Assembly: GCF_963853765.1 (NCBI RefSeq)
Contig: NC_088862.1
Span: 21,700,001-21,764,000, forward strand
Reading direction: 5' to 3'
Length of the DNA stretch: 64,000 nt
Source of the DNA: Magallana gigas
Taxonomy: Eukaryota
Part shown: piece after piece, positions 49,531 through 61,422 of the stretch
How positions within the stretch are numbered: position 1 is the first letter of the stretch
Layout: each line of letters opens with the position of its first letter
The notes under the pieces: model-generated
Database searches by the model: none
What the model was told of the DNA's origin: nothing
Seen by the model: only the letters and a program-made list of their open reading frames with translations
Program-made: the position numbers and the translations under genes

Positions 49531-51192
49531 CTATCTGAGAAATTTTATTTTCTTTACATTGCTGTTCAAATATTCTGATACAAACAGATTGTTATTGTTG
49601 TCCACACATAAACCAGAGGGATACTCCAGATTACAGTTATCAATGTAACGGAGAAACTGTCCATTCTGATCCAGGATGTGAATACAATGGTTGTCACCGT
49701 CTGTTGTCAGGATACGACTCTGACTGTCTGTTGTGATACCACAGGGTTTAAATGGTTTGTTCTTGGTAACTGAGGGATGACCGATGTATCTCCATCTGAG
49801 TTTCCCGTCCTCATTAACCACTACAAGTGCTCTAGCCTCATTGTCAGCTACACAGATGTCATGGTTTCTGTTTTCAGTGATGTATTTAAAAGAACTATTC
49901 CCTGAGTACAGAGGTTTACCTTCATCATCAAACTGAATTGTTTGTTTCTTTGTAGATCCCAAGTAACGGACAACTTTGGATTGAGTTTTATCACCACTGT
50001 ACATGGTAACCAGGAGATCACCATTAGAGGTGACACACAGTTTACTAGGCTTCCATCCCTGTAATCTGATCAACTCTTCTGTCTGTCCATTATTTACTTT
50101 ATTCACTGTTCCTGATTTCCCGTCACTAAAAAGTAAATTCCCATCCCTGTCTACAGCTATATCATTGGGTCCTTGTTCTGATTTGTTGCTTACTGTATGA
50201 AGCAATTCACCTTTAATGTTAAAGCATTTGATATCCTTTGTCGATCCAAATGTCCAAACGCAATCTTCATTTAGATAGATATTAAAAACCTTTTTATAAC
50301 CTGTCTGTATTGTGGCAACAAGTTCCGGTTCATCCAGTAGTGTTTTGACTGAAGTGTTGGGTTGGTTTAGTGACAAGACATTCTCTTCTGTAGCAGTAGA
50401 CAAAGGAGTGATCTGTCCAAACAAATTATACAACTTTTGATGGTCTAATGGTTTGGGAATGAATGTTGGCAGTGTAATCTTCACTTTGGGTGGCAACTTG
50501 CTGAACTCTCTGATCTTTGAGCTGTATTCAATGGTAGGAGATACTTCAGTGGATTTCTTGAGTTCTTCTATGGCTAGTAATGTTTGTTTTATGAGAGTCT
50601 GTATCTGTTTGATTTCATCCAAGTGTTTCTGTAAAATGTCTCTGTGTTTTACTTTTATCTCATTGATTTCAGTTTTCATTTTATTGACAACGATGTCGAT
50701 TTCTCTGTGCCATTGCTCTCCTTGTTTGGACATTGCTGTCGTAAGTTTCTCATATCCTCCATTCAGGCTGGCAAGCTGATTTTCCAAGTCCAGTGCAATT
50801 TCTTCGTATGTAGGAGAGATAAGATTTTCTATCTTATTTGCCTCGTCCGCAATAGCATTTTTCTTTGTCGTGTAAACTTCTGAAACTTCTACAAAAATAT
50901 GTCCTTTATGTGTTTCTGATGCAGTACAAGAAGAACAAACAAATATGTCGTTGCAATTCTTGCACTGCAAGTCACAGTTTTTGCGTGAATGTGTCACACA
51001 TTTTGGGTAAATCAGAGTTGATCTTCGCTCCTTAAAAGGGACTATTTTATGTTTGTCATATCCATCTGAGATGTGATCTACTACACAGGGCTTGCAGAGG
51101 TTGACATGACAAAAGTCACAGTAGCTGTGTAAAATGGCGGTCTCACAAAGCTCACATCGGTGCACATCCTGGGCACTAGAATGAGGATCCAT
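49531..51192 (-). CDS. RING-less TRIM-like protein: B-box1, B-box2, coiled coil, NHL-repeat propeller (553 aa, single coding exon)
   Basis: CELC..CDFCHVNLCKPC..DH (B-box1); C..H..C..C..CSSC...H (B-box2); heptad-rich middle; NHL-type repeats PNDIAVDRDGNLL, PSKLCVTSNGDLL, PCGITTDSQSRIL, PSGLCVDNNNNLFV. A splice acceptor lies 7 nt upstream of the ATG. Confidence 0.93.
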   Translation of the reverse strand: MDPHSSAQDVHRCELCETAILHSYCDFCHVNLCKPCVVDHISDGYDKHKIVPFKERRSTLIYPKCVTHSRKNCDLQCKNCNDIFVCSSCTASETHKGHIFVEVSEVYTTKKNAIADEANKIENLISPTYEEIALDLENQLASLNGGYEKLTTAMSKQGEQWHREIDIVVNKMKTEINEIKVKHRDILQKHLDEIKQIQTLIKQTLLAIEELKKSTEVSPTIEYSSKIREFSKLPPKVKITLPTFIPKPLDHQKLYNLFGQITPLSTATEENVLSLNQPNTSVKTLLDEPELVATIQTGYKKVFNIYLNEDCVWTFGSTKDIKCFNIKGELLHTVSNKSEQGPNDIAVDRDGNLLFSDGKSGTVNKVNNGQTEELIRLQGWKPSKLCVTSNGDLLVTMYSGDKTQSKVVRYLGSTKKQTIQFDDEGKPLYSGNSSFKYITENRNHDICVADNEARALVVVNEDGKLRWRYIGHPSVTKNKPFKPCGITTDSQSRILTTDGDNHCIHILDQNGQFLRYIDNCNLEYPSGLCVDNNNNLFVSEYLNSNVKKIKFLR

Positions 51193-51728
51193 CGTTTTTC
51201 TAAAAATATTATGAAAAAATTAAGCGAAAAATTAAATACACTGTTTGTCTTTAATCCAAAAGAAAATGTAGTTATTAATTGTTAATATATTAAGAGCCAA
51301 CGTGAAAACCGTATGTTGCAGCCCTGCTTTTATCAAGGGTTTACAATAACCAAATAGAATGATCAATTTAAGCATAAAATATATTTGTTGAAGGGCAATT
51401 CATACAGAAAATTAAAACGAAAGTACTTAGTTGAAAGGTAATAATTAACTATAAAAAAAAGTTACATTAACATGTAGGTTTCTTAATTTTCGTGTTATAA
51501 ATAAAGTCAATTAGGCTATAAGGGGCACAAACCTTGTTTGTAATAAATCAATTTATAGCTTTTCGTCGAATCGGACATCAAACATATTGCAGACGTACAA
51601 ACATGGCCGAGCTTGCTTGTATGGAATGTGGTCACCTGACATCAAGAATGGAAAAAATTAGAGTTATTCCCCGTGTATCATAATTCTGTATCACCCCCCC
51701 CCCCCCCTTTCTTTACTAATCAGTTACG

Positions 51729-51811
51729 CAATCGCAACTTCTCAACTTCTCGGGCCTTTCCGGCAAGCTGTTTTTCCGAGCTTGCCGGAAAGGCCCGAGA
51801 AGTTGCGATTG
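51729..51811. repeat. GC-rich hairpin with perfect 27-bp stem and 9-nt loop
   Basis: 51743-51769 CAACTTCTCGGGCCTTTCCGGCAAGCT is the exact reverse complement of 51779-51805; it extends to 33 bp if an 8-nt duplication is bulged out. Confidence 0.9.
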
Positions 51812-52326
51812 AATAGTTACGATGACTTAATTTCAAACGAAGTATATGTACATGTAGGAGTTTTGACAGATATTGTATACAGTAATCATGGTAATAAACC
51901 AATGCAGCGTTTTATGCATGAATCTCATTATGCCAGTGGCTGATGAATTGGCTATAGTTACTATATATGTACACACGTGTATGATATGGTACTCAAGTTC
52001 TCGGTACCAAAAAAAAAAATTACCCACCATTGTTCTATATGAGTGTTATAAATCAACTGTCTATCTGGTTTCATAAAAACACGTGGTACATGCACTTTTT
52101 TTTCAAGTTAAGTGGGAAGGTGAGCATAAAAGGGCTTGAGAAAAGATAGCCCCCAAGGTACCCACGTTTTTACCAATGGTTTTTTTTTTACACAAGCCCC
52201 TGTACATGCGCTCTGCATGTATAATTATAATGTCTGTACAAATGTACCCCTAACATCTCAACTTTTCGACTTCGGTTCGAGATGCACAAGCATTTCTAAA
52301 CATACATTTAATTCTGCTATTCGTGT

Positions 52327-52357
<31 letters not shown>

Positions 52358-52426
52358 GGGGGTAGGGGGATGCTTAAATTCGTATATATTTAGTTAAAAG
52401 TTGATAATCTTGTATTTAAAACATTT

Positions 52427-52642
52427 TTACATGTATATATATACTTAAAAATCCTAAGTGCTACATACAATATAACATATATTGTTACATGTATGTATAC
52501 TTAAACATCTTAAGTGCTACATACCATATAACATTGTTACATGTATATATACTTAAAAATCATAAGTGTTTCATACGATATAACATTGTTACATGTATAT
52601 ATACTTAAAAATCCTAAGTGTTACATACGATATAACATATAG
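52427..52642 (+). repeat. Minisatellite, four ~52-58-bp units
   Basis: Unit TTACATGTATATATACTTAAAAATCCTAAGTG(C/T)TACATAC(G/A/C)ATATAACATTG at ~52427, 52485, 52537, 52589. Confidence 0.9.
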
Positions 52643-54065
52643 TAAATGTCTAATTGTTTCGTTATGGGGCTTACAATATTAATACAAGCATGTACTAGAA
52701 TCATATTTTCACCAACTGAGATTGTCTCTATTTATTAGAATGTTGTTTAGAAGTTTATTGAAAAATCTGAGATTTGCTTGTCAATTGTTTTAACGACTTT
52801 GTTTAAATAATATTTTTGATCCATTCTGGTCCTTCAATATTAAATTCCTTATATTTTCTTGATATAGTATCAAAGCCTTTCAAATTTGTGATCTCTAAAA
52901 ATAGTTTCCCACGAAATAGAAACTGTAGTATATGGGTAACAGTTGTGTGTTTAGCCAGACTTAATATGTCAAACTGGTTTTTTGGGAGTTGATTTTAATC
53001 AACTCTCCTATGCACTTACTCGGGCAAAGCGAAAATGAAACAGTGTTTGGACCTAAGCACAAATCAATACCGCTGACACCACTTAGTTCTTAAAAATTAT
53101 CGATAAATTTGATGCTATGTATTCTGAAGCATTGTTTTTCAAGAAAACTTATTTATTAATACCATGAAAATAGTAAGATTTTAAATTGTACAAACAGTTT
53201 AGATATTTTTTAAAGTCGTATGTATCCCTACGCTAGAGTTCAATGTAGTCTCGTTCAACCAGACGCTTGGCTGTCTCCGTTAATAGAGTCTCTCTTGCTT
53301 GTCGGAGATAAACGGAGACAGCTGAGAGTTTGGTTGAACAAGACAAGAGTTCAATCTTGCCTGGAATCATACAATTTCTCAGATATATTTCGATTACTGA
53401 TACTTCTTGCCATGCAAAATCATATATCGTTGATTTTGTATAAATGATAATCGATAAAATCAACTCCCGTCAGTACTTCAGTACTTTGATTTTTATTTAG
53501 GAAAATGCGTTTTTATTTCATGTATAAAATATTCGCAAATTGTTCTTCTGGCTTAATATATTTGAAAAAGATTTCAATGATTAACCTATTATCGTCCGCA
53601 ATATCATTACATATTTCAAATTTTTACTAAACACGTTTTTAAAACAAAACAATTTGTTTTCAAAACGAAATTTCATTGTAAATTTCATTACCCCAAATAT
53701 GCTGTTGTAAAAATTCAGAACTTGACATAGCATTCACCTCTTTGTTGCATTTGGAAGAATTAAATGCTTCAAATATCTCTCTATAAAGTATTGGTAATTT
53801 TTTAAAAAGAGAAGGTGTTTTTGTAGGTCTGGTTTGTTTGTGTGTAATTATATAGTCAATGCAGCTTTTGGGTATATTTTCTCCATTACACCAAGAGAAT
53901 CCTATATCCCCTGACCATAGGTTAGAACACATATTGTGAATTAAACTGATACTTTAAAGTATTTTTTGAAACGTCTTATTACTTTGCTCTTCAATTATAA
54001 TATTTTCTAGGTTTTCTAGGTTGCAGTTAAAATCTCCTGTTATAAAAATATTTTTACTATATATG
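52640..54065 (-). mobile_element. L1/Tx1-like non-LTR retrotransposon relic, internally deleted
   Basis: Minus strand: IFITGDFNC and FSWCNGENIPKSCIDY (AP-endonuclease motifs), then directly LPILYREIFEAFN..LQQHIWGN and NKLLNNIL..C..C....ETIRHL (zf-RVT-like C-terminus); many stops. Confidence 0.75.
53245..53345. mobile_element. ~100-bp foldback MITE inserted in the LINE relic, with 10-bp flanking direct repeat
   Basis: AGAGTTCAAT at 53235-53244 and 53346-53355; arms AGTCTCGTTCAACCAGACGCTTGGCTGTCTCCGTT / AACGGAGACAGCTGAGAGTTTGGTTGAACAAGAC. Confidence 0.8.
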
Positions 54066-54217
54066 GCGATTTTTCGATTCCGTGAGTTAATTAAAAAAAA
54101 CGTGTTCCGGTTATTTCGTTTATAAGTGGAGCGTTAAAAAAAGTTAATTTTTGATGTATGATTACAAGGAAATATATAAAGTGGTGATCAGTTTCCTCCC
54201 CAAAAAGTGTGAGACAG

Positions 54218-54264
<47 letters not shown>

Positions 54265-54373
54265 TTGCGATGTGCCTTGAAAGAAATTTACTCCGTTACA
54301 AAGTCTTGGAGATGTAGATATACTGCATATCAGTGAGAAGATTTTATTAGCTCTGTGCTATAGCGAATGTCTA

Positions 54374-55230
54374 GATAGGAACGCCTTTTGCTGGTTTAAA
54401 CACGTATACATGTACGAGTACTACATTTTTGTCAGCTGAGTCCAATTCAGTTACAGACACAGACTGAAACCGTGTCATGAGATTGACCCACTTTGACGTC
54501 CTTCTTCTGTCAATTTCGCCCCATTTCTTTGTTGATAATTTATTAGAAAATAAATGTCTTTCTTTGAAAGGTCTAAAGAATTCCGGGTTCTCATGGTCTC
54601 TTTACCTAAAGGTTTCTATAACACCTGGAATTGGGTCACGGTTGAATGACATGATGCTTATTCTGTAAATTTACAGCAACTCGAAAAATAATTGACAATC
54701 TTAAAACGTAACATAAAACACCACTCCACAGAAAAAAATTGGAAGCTTATTATTTTTTTTTTGCAATATTTTTAAAAATGCAAATGAAAATGGCTATTCA
54801 CAAGGTGTCGATATAGATTAGTGCTAATTAAGTACAAATTATGATTTACACAAAGAATTGTTCATCAAGAATCATTGTACACTGTCATTCATTTCGTATA
54901 CAAGTATAATACAGTAGTATACATGAATACGATTCGATATTTCGGTTATGATATATATCTAATTCTGTTTAATTAACATGTTCTGTTTCTATTTGAGGTT
55001 AACAAAACAATTTTTTTAAAAACTAGAATAATTTGTTCTATATGTGCTTTAACTCGTTGTTCCACTTTCTTATTTTCTAGTTTGAAACAAAAAAGTGATT
55101 GACGTCGTTTTTAAGTACGCTATAGTATTCATCTGTCGGAATGTTTTGTCACGCACTTACATCAATGAGATTCTATTTGACATCACCTGACGTATCTTTT
55201 ATCGTAAAACATTACTTTCCGGTCTCTTAC
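54374..55230 (-). other. Candidate exons of a minus-strand transcript (non-coding exon ending at 55161; exon starting at 54663 with ATG at 54652)
   Basis: GAT|GTAAGT donor at 55160; TTTACAG acceptor before 54663; ~92-codon frame with a single in-frame TAA at 54604-54602. Confidence 0.35.
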
Positions 55231-58200
55231 TGAGGACACCTGTCTTGGCCTCCTCTCCTTTCTGAGGTAAATGCTGGGTACCACCACTCTAAATGCCGTG
55301 TCGAATTTTTCCGGTTAAAATGTTGCCTGGCACGCAGGGCTTCGTGGTTCGAGATAAATGTACATGTACATATCATTGATGGTCTTATAAATTAATCGGA
55401 AGACAGTTAATTTCATGTGATCTCTCATCGAGAACCAAATAAAAAACATGATAAGTTAAAACTAATAAGATTTATGTTATCATACATACTGAATTGTCCA
55501 TTTATTCCAACATGCACCCAGCTTAAATTGAAATCATGCAGTATCTTTTAAATAAAATTAAAGGTATACATTTAATCAAGATGTTATTTCCAAAACTAAA
55601 ACCAAAACTATTAAAACACAAGGTCTTATTCTCCCCCTTGTCTTACTCCTCAGGAGGCTGAATTTAGACTGTAACGCTTTTTCTTCTTGAGACAAAGGGC
55701 TCTATATACAGTCATAGGAAAAAACTTAATATAAAATAAAATATAACAAATTTAAGATATACTAGGAGTTTTCTTTACTAAATAAATTTTGATGACTAAC
55801 AAGTTTATGTTTAAAATTTTAGAGTATATTTGACCATGATGATCCAGCCTTCTAATTTGAATAATTATTTAGCACACATACTAGTAGGCAACCAATATCT
55901 ACCGTTCGGTCTTTTAGTTCATGATTTCTTAGGTTTAATTATACGAAGGTGGACATGTTGGTGGTTTTTTTTTAAAATAACATTTTTTATTGTTTCTTTT
56001 TTGTTAAATTTGGGGGGGGGGGGGGGGTTAATAATTTTTAGTGGGAAAATCACCATAGCTATAAGCTTTAATTTGAAAGTCCATCTGCATAATTGTTGAA
56101 TAGTCTGCATGGTTAAAATAAAGATCAATAATATGTGTTCAATGGTCTAGATTATTGTAGTTAAGTTAAAAAAATCTTTGATTTTAAACTTTTACTGTAA
56201 CATACACAAAGAAACTTGATTAGCATAGAATGACCAGGTTTTGCTGTATATTTGTAGCTCTATGAGAAAAATCGTGTTGATCCCTGCTTAAGATTTAGCA
56301 AGTAATATGTGAAATGTTTTTTTGACTCATTTTCAATTTTGATAACTATTTAAGGTGACGGTTTGAATGCAAATTTCTTTTTAATTGTTTTTTTTATGTT
56401 TGGGACATCTATGAATTAGCAATGCCCGCTTGTTGTCCATAAACTTAAAACGTAATCTAACTTCAAATTAAGTTTTTAGGCTTAAAATCAATAATTTGTT
56501 GTTTTCCTGGAAATGTCTTTATATAAATTCAATTGAATTGGAAAATTAATGGGATTGAAATATCATCAGCTCTAATGAAGACATCCCTTCATAAAACCTG
56601 TAAAAGCTCAAAAAATCTAAATCAGAGTAAAAAAAATTGTTCTATTGCTATAAATTATTACCCCATACGTATTTCAAATTTAGAACTTGAAATCTGTTAC
56701 CCCCCCCCCCCCCCCCCCCCTAAGGGATTTGATAATTTATCATTTTTGCAATAAACAACTATCTTATGAGAGATTAAAGGAACTGATGGTCAGCTGACAA
56801 ATGCTTTCTGTTAGATTAGACAACCACCAAAGCAGTGTGGTTAATGTCAAATTGTCGTCAAATTTCGTATGCAAACGTCCAAAAAGTGCTCATGTACATC
56901 AGTAATTTACATTAAATTGTCATTTATTATTTTCTTTTATTATTTATTAGTTTTTAATTCAATTTCATTTTTTTAATACCATTTATATACCATTTATACA
57001 TATTGTAAAATTCAATAATTTATTTACATTATAATCAATTTTCGGCTCCCCGCTTGTCTCAGTATATAGGTTATAAAACGTTTAAGCTTTATATTTAAAA
57101 AAGAATTAAATTAAATAATTCTCTTACAATAATCATTTGTTTTTTGTTTACTTCGTGTAAAATTTAATAAATCAATTGAGTTAACATTGGTACACTGGTG
57201 AAATGTGTCCATGTATAAGTGAAATAATTTTATTGACAATGTTCATATGAAATGGTACCATAATGTTTGTATGCATTTCATACGATACAGGTGAATAATA
57301 TGTCAAACGATTGCACATTGCAATGACTAATTTCTTAAGGGGGCTCGATGGTCGTGACCATTTTTAAAATACTGTATTGATCTCCTTTATAAGAAGAGCT
57401 CTATATGAAAATAAAGGAAAATAACTTAACATTTCAAATATGAAAATAAATATGGATTTATTCGTTGCTGTATAAAAGTTTACAGTTAAACAAACCAGTT
57501 CTTAAAATTTTAGGCAGATTTGGTGGTAAATTTGTCGACTATCCAGACTCCTCAAATTCAACCCAGATCTACCAATGTTTAATGCAATAAATAAAACTAT
57601 AACTGTAAAAGCAGAAATTTAAGGATAAATTTATTTCAATTCCCACAGGTAAAAGTGTATAGAATGCTCTTGGTGTTTCTGTATTGAATACAGAGGTAAA
57701 TTAATTCAAAGGTACATTACAAAAAGATAAAAATTATTAATATTTTGAAATACCTTCACTCATGTCTGGTAATTTCAGATGGACAAGTCAGATATCATTA
57801 ATGCAAGTATGATTATCAAGTATGTTACATAAATACACACATGCAAACAGCACATGTTCACTGTGGGTCTTTATCAATATTAACATAAACAAGATGAGTT
57901 TACGTGGATACACACCTATTTAGATTACAAACACGATGTTCTGTCAGGTTTTCATATGTCCCCGATAAGATGTGTTTATGTGCAGTATATATAAGGCAGC
58001 GTGTGAAGGGTAATAAACACTAGACAATACTGACATGCATACAACTGTCAACAGCTTGTGGGGCATGCACACGTTGACCCAAGCCAGGTCTCCATGACTT
58101 GTGTGCCTTTGATTTTTGAATAATACCTTTGGAATAATTATGGCATAGTTTGAAGAAAAACTTAAAAGACGTGAAAGAATCTATTTTATTTTTTAAATGG

Positions 58201-58621
58201 TTCTCATATTTTGACAAATGAAACAATATGTTATATTATTAATTAGAAACCCCTTTAATATCCAAAGGAAACAGAAAATCTACACTTTAAGAAAACAGCT
58301 GATTACAATTTTTGTAAAACTCAAGAGTCCATGAAAAAAATATCTAAATGAGACTTCAAATACAAAGAATTTACAGTGATTATTTTAGTAAAAAAAACAA
58401 CAATAATCATATAAAATTGTTTACATATTAATCACTGGAATTTAAGGTTTTGAAATAACTTTATTTAATCATTAGAAACAACAAAAACTACATTCCGAAA
58501 ACAAGCTGACCTCAAATTTTGAAAAATAATTATAAGGCGTCTATCGAAATCCTCAAAATTATCAAAATTAACATAATTTAAACAATTTAAAAAAAAGTCA
58601 TTTTTGTTACAATTCTTTTAA

Positions 58622-59437
58622 CGAGGCCGAGTACAGAACGAGTACGCACGCTTTCGCGCAGCGTTTCATTTGTATTGTGACGTCATCTTTTTGCTTGGTT
58701 GACGCCATGGCGTGATAGTTTCAACTGCAGATATTCAGCGAAAATTGTTGAAAATATCTCGTTTGATGCGTAAAAATAATGTTATATTGTGGAATAAACA
58801 TAAATGTCTCGAAGTATAAGCTATATTTGGGCTCGGGTCGAAAACGTGAAGAGGGTTCAGCAAGCCTAGCCTTCTGTCACGTTTTCTTAACCCGCCTAAA
58901 TATAGCTAAATTCATATATTTCAGACAGTAACCATGTATTTTATATCAATGACCCTTAATATGTGATGTTATATATTTTTTTATTACTTGAATATGTCTG
59001 AATGTTTTAATAATACTATTTAGATCACCTTTTCCGCTTTTGTGAAATAAAAAATAGCCATTATCTGACAAATCTGGGAAATTGGGCATACAAAAATCAA
59101 CTTTGATAAGACCCCTTGAACAAACCAGGAGGTAAAAGGTTTTTTTTATTTGACCATTAGATGCCTTTTAGCAATAACTTTAATATGTAGAACAGAAGAA
59201 GAAATCCCTAGGGCAGAAGTTTTGAAAAAATGTAAAAAATATGCAAAATTGATACATTTCAAGCAAAATCCCATAGGGTCATATGTTAAAGATTAACACA
59301 CTTTGAGATGACCCCCTAAACAAACGGTGTGGTAAATGTCTTATTTTTTAATCTTAAAATAATAATTATATCAGTAGAAATTCATGTAAAAAGTTTCATC
59401 CAAAAATCTAGGGCAGAACAAATTAGACCCGGCCTCG
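58622..59437. mobile_element. TTAA-flanked non-autonomous element (~815 bp) containing a foldback at 58819-58907
   Basis: TTAA-CGAGGCCG ... CGGCCTCG-TTAA (inverted match extends to TTTTAACGAGGCCG); nested AGCTATATTTGG...GAAAACGTGA / TCACGTTTTC...CTAAATATAGCT. Confidence 0.65.
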
Positions 59438-59541
59438 TTAAAAGGCATGGGAAAGTTCCATGAGAGGTTTCTTCGACGAGATTTTCTTTACTTTATTCAA
59501 TGCATCATTATCATGCAGTATGAGTATATATCATTATTACA

Positions 59542-59664
59542 GTTACTTGATCCAAAGGGGCGGATCACGTTGAGTTGCCATGCATGGATCATAAGATCAA
59601 ACGAGAATCAAAGCGTCTCGTTTGTTCTGATGATCTGCGCCTGGCAACGAGAGGATCAAGTAAC
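59542..59664. repeat. Imperfect foldback hairpin
   Basis: GTTACTTGATCC / GGATCAAGTAAC outer arms; GTTGCCA / TGGCAAC and AAACGAGA / TCTCGTTT inner arms. Confidence 0.65.
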
Positions 59665-61422
59665 GTCATAAAGATAATTTCATTATATACCCTTTTCCAT
59701 TCAAAAGTTTTAATTACAAAACAGACGTTATTTAATGCATACTATGTCATTTGGTGATACGGAATCGGAAAACCACAGTGTGGTGATCCGGAATATCGGA
59801 TCACACTCTATAATTTTGACAGTATCAAGAAGGGAAATTGATGGGTGTATATTAATATTTCTTGTTCGATTGATGGGACGTACTGAAGTTATGCTAAGAT
59901 AATGTGCAACTTATAAAACCTCAACGAAATAAATATATATGTAATACATTGGTTACACAAAACACTAAACTCCCCTAAAATAAAAACTTACTAACATATT
60001 TTGACAATTAACAAGGGTTGATGAGGGCAATTATCTTAATTCGTGACTATGCTAGACATTTCAACATATATAAAGAAATACCAAGGCAATAAGAGATTGT
60101 CTCGACACAAAAAAAATACACGTTATGTATAAGAGAAAAGAGATGCGTTATCAATTAGCTTAATTTATCGCATAAATTTTTACTTCAAAGAAATATTATT
60201 TTATACATTAAATATGTTTTTTCTTTATTTCAACAATACAAATTTTAACAATTTATGTACAATTTATGTACAATTGCAATTTCTGATTTTACAATATTAT
60301 TTTAAATTCAAGAAAATGCAAACATAAATTCTTTACTAATAAGTCTGAAATAGTTTTGTTTTAAAATAACGCTTACATAGACTAGCTTAAAAACATTATA
60401 ATGTGAATAATAAAAATGACATCAGTTTAATGGTCAGTAAATGAGAAAACAAAGAAATAACAAATTTCTTTCCAATTAAGATGCCATCACGTGAACTGTA
60501 TTATTGATAAGGAACAACAAATTAGATAATTATAGCTTACTTATTTGAAAACTCTAGTCAGAGAAATAGCAAAAAAAAATCATATGTCATTATCTATAGG
60601 TATAAAAGTCTGAAAATAGAAAGCCATGAAATGTACATAAGGCATTGTAAACAAATTGTCATGACACGACGAACACAAACATATATACAAACTGATCACT
60701 TTTTCCCTTCACGCCCATTCTGTTAAACAACGGCCAAATCATGTTTAGTAGACCATTGACATGAAACATTTTTTTTCCTCAGACCAAAACAAACAAGCCA
60801 CTGCCTTTTGTGGTCAACAGAAACTTTTTCTCGGTCACGCAGGACGGTCCGATTCCTTCGAGTCATCAAAGCGTGACCATGTTTTGGTATAAATTGAAAT
60901 CCACCCATGTATAATTGGTCAGAAAGTTGTCATTGTTTGAGGATTGAGTGTTTTGTGTATTCAGTGTCTTGTTGTAAGTTTTCACTGATTTTTTAAAGAC
61001 ATATATGCTATTGATAATCATACTTTTTGAATTGCAGTTTACCCAAAAAAAGTCTGTGATTTTATTTCCTGTTATGCAATATTATAATCACCAATATAAA
61101 ATATGATATCAACTGATTGGAGAAGGATGAATTCATAGTCGTTCAAATAACAAAAAAAATACTTAAACTTTTAAGAACATTTTGAAAAAAATGTAAATAC
61201 TAAACAGTTCCTGTTGATCTGAATGAAAAAAAAACAGATAAAGAAAATAAACGCAACGTACAATTATATAGAAAAAAAGTACTACGTCTTGTTACCACGT
61301 TTTTGGAGATGGAGATGAATTCCTGATACAAATTTCTTATGTAAATACCTATAGGGCTTTCCAGTTGTCCAAGGGTTTGATTACACTGTTGGATTATTAC
61401 AGGCACTATTGGTTGTAACACA

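Noticed and set aside
49848-50883. Four ORFs overlapping the TRIM-like CDS
   Set aside because: Antisense or alternate-frame shadows of a long real ORF.
52427-52642. Regular repeat considered as a CRISPR-like array
   Set aside because: Units are fully tandem with no unique spacers; a minisatellite.
55262-55272. Plus-strand donor-like CTGAG|GTAAAT suggesting a bidirectional promoter
   Set aside because: Single motif with no downstream exon identified.
60888-60979. TATAAA at 60888 and GTAAGT at 60974 as promoter and 5'-UTR exon of the Met-rich peptide gene
   Set aside because: Plausible, but such motifs are frequent in AT-rich DNA; needs 5'-end data.
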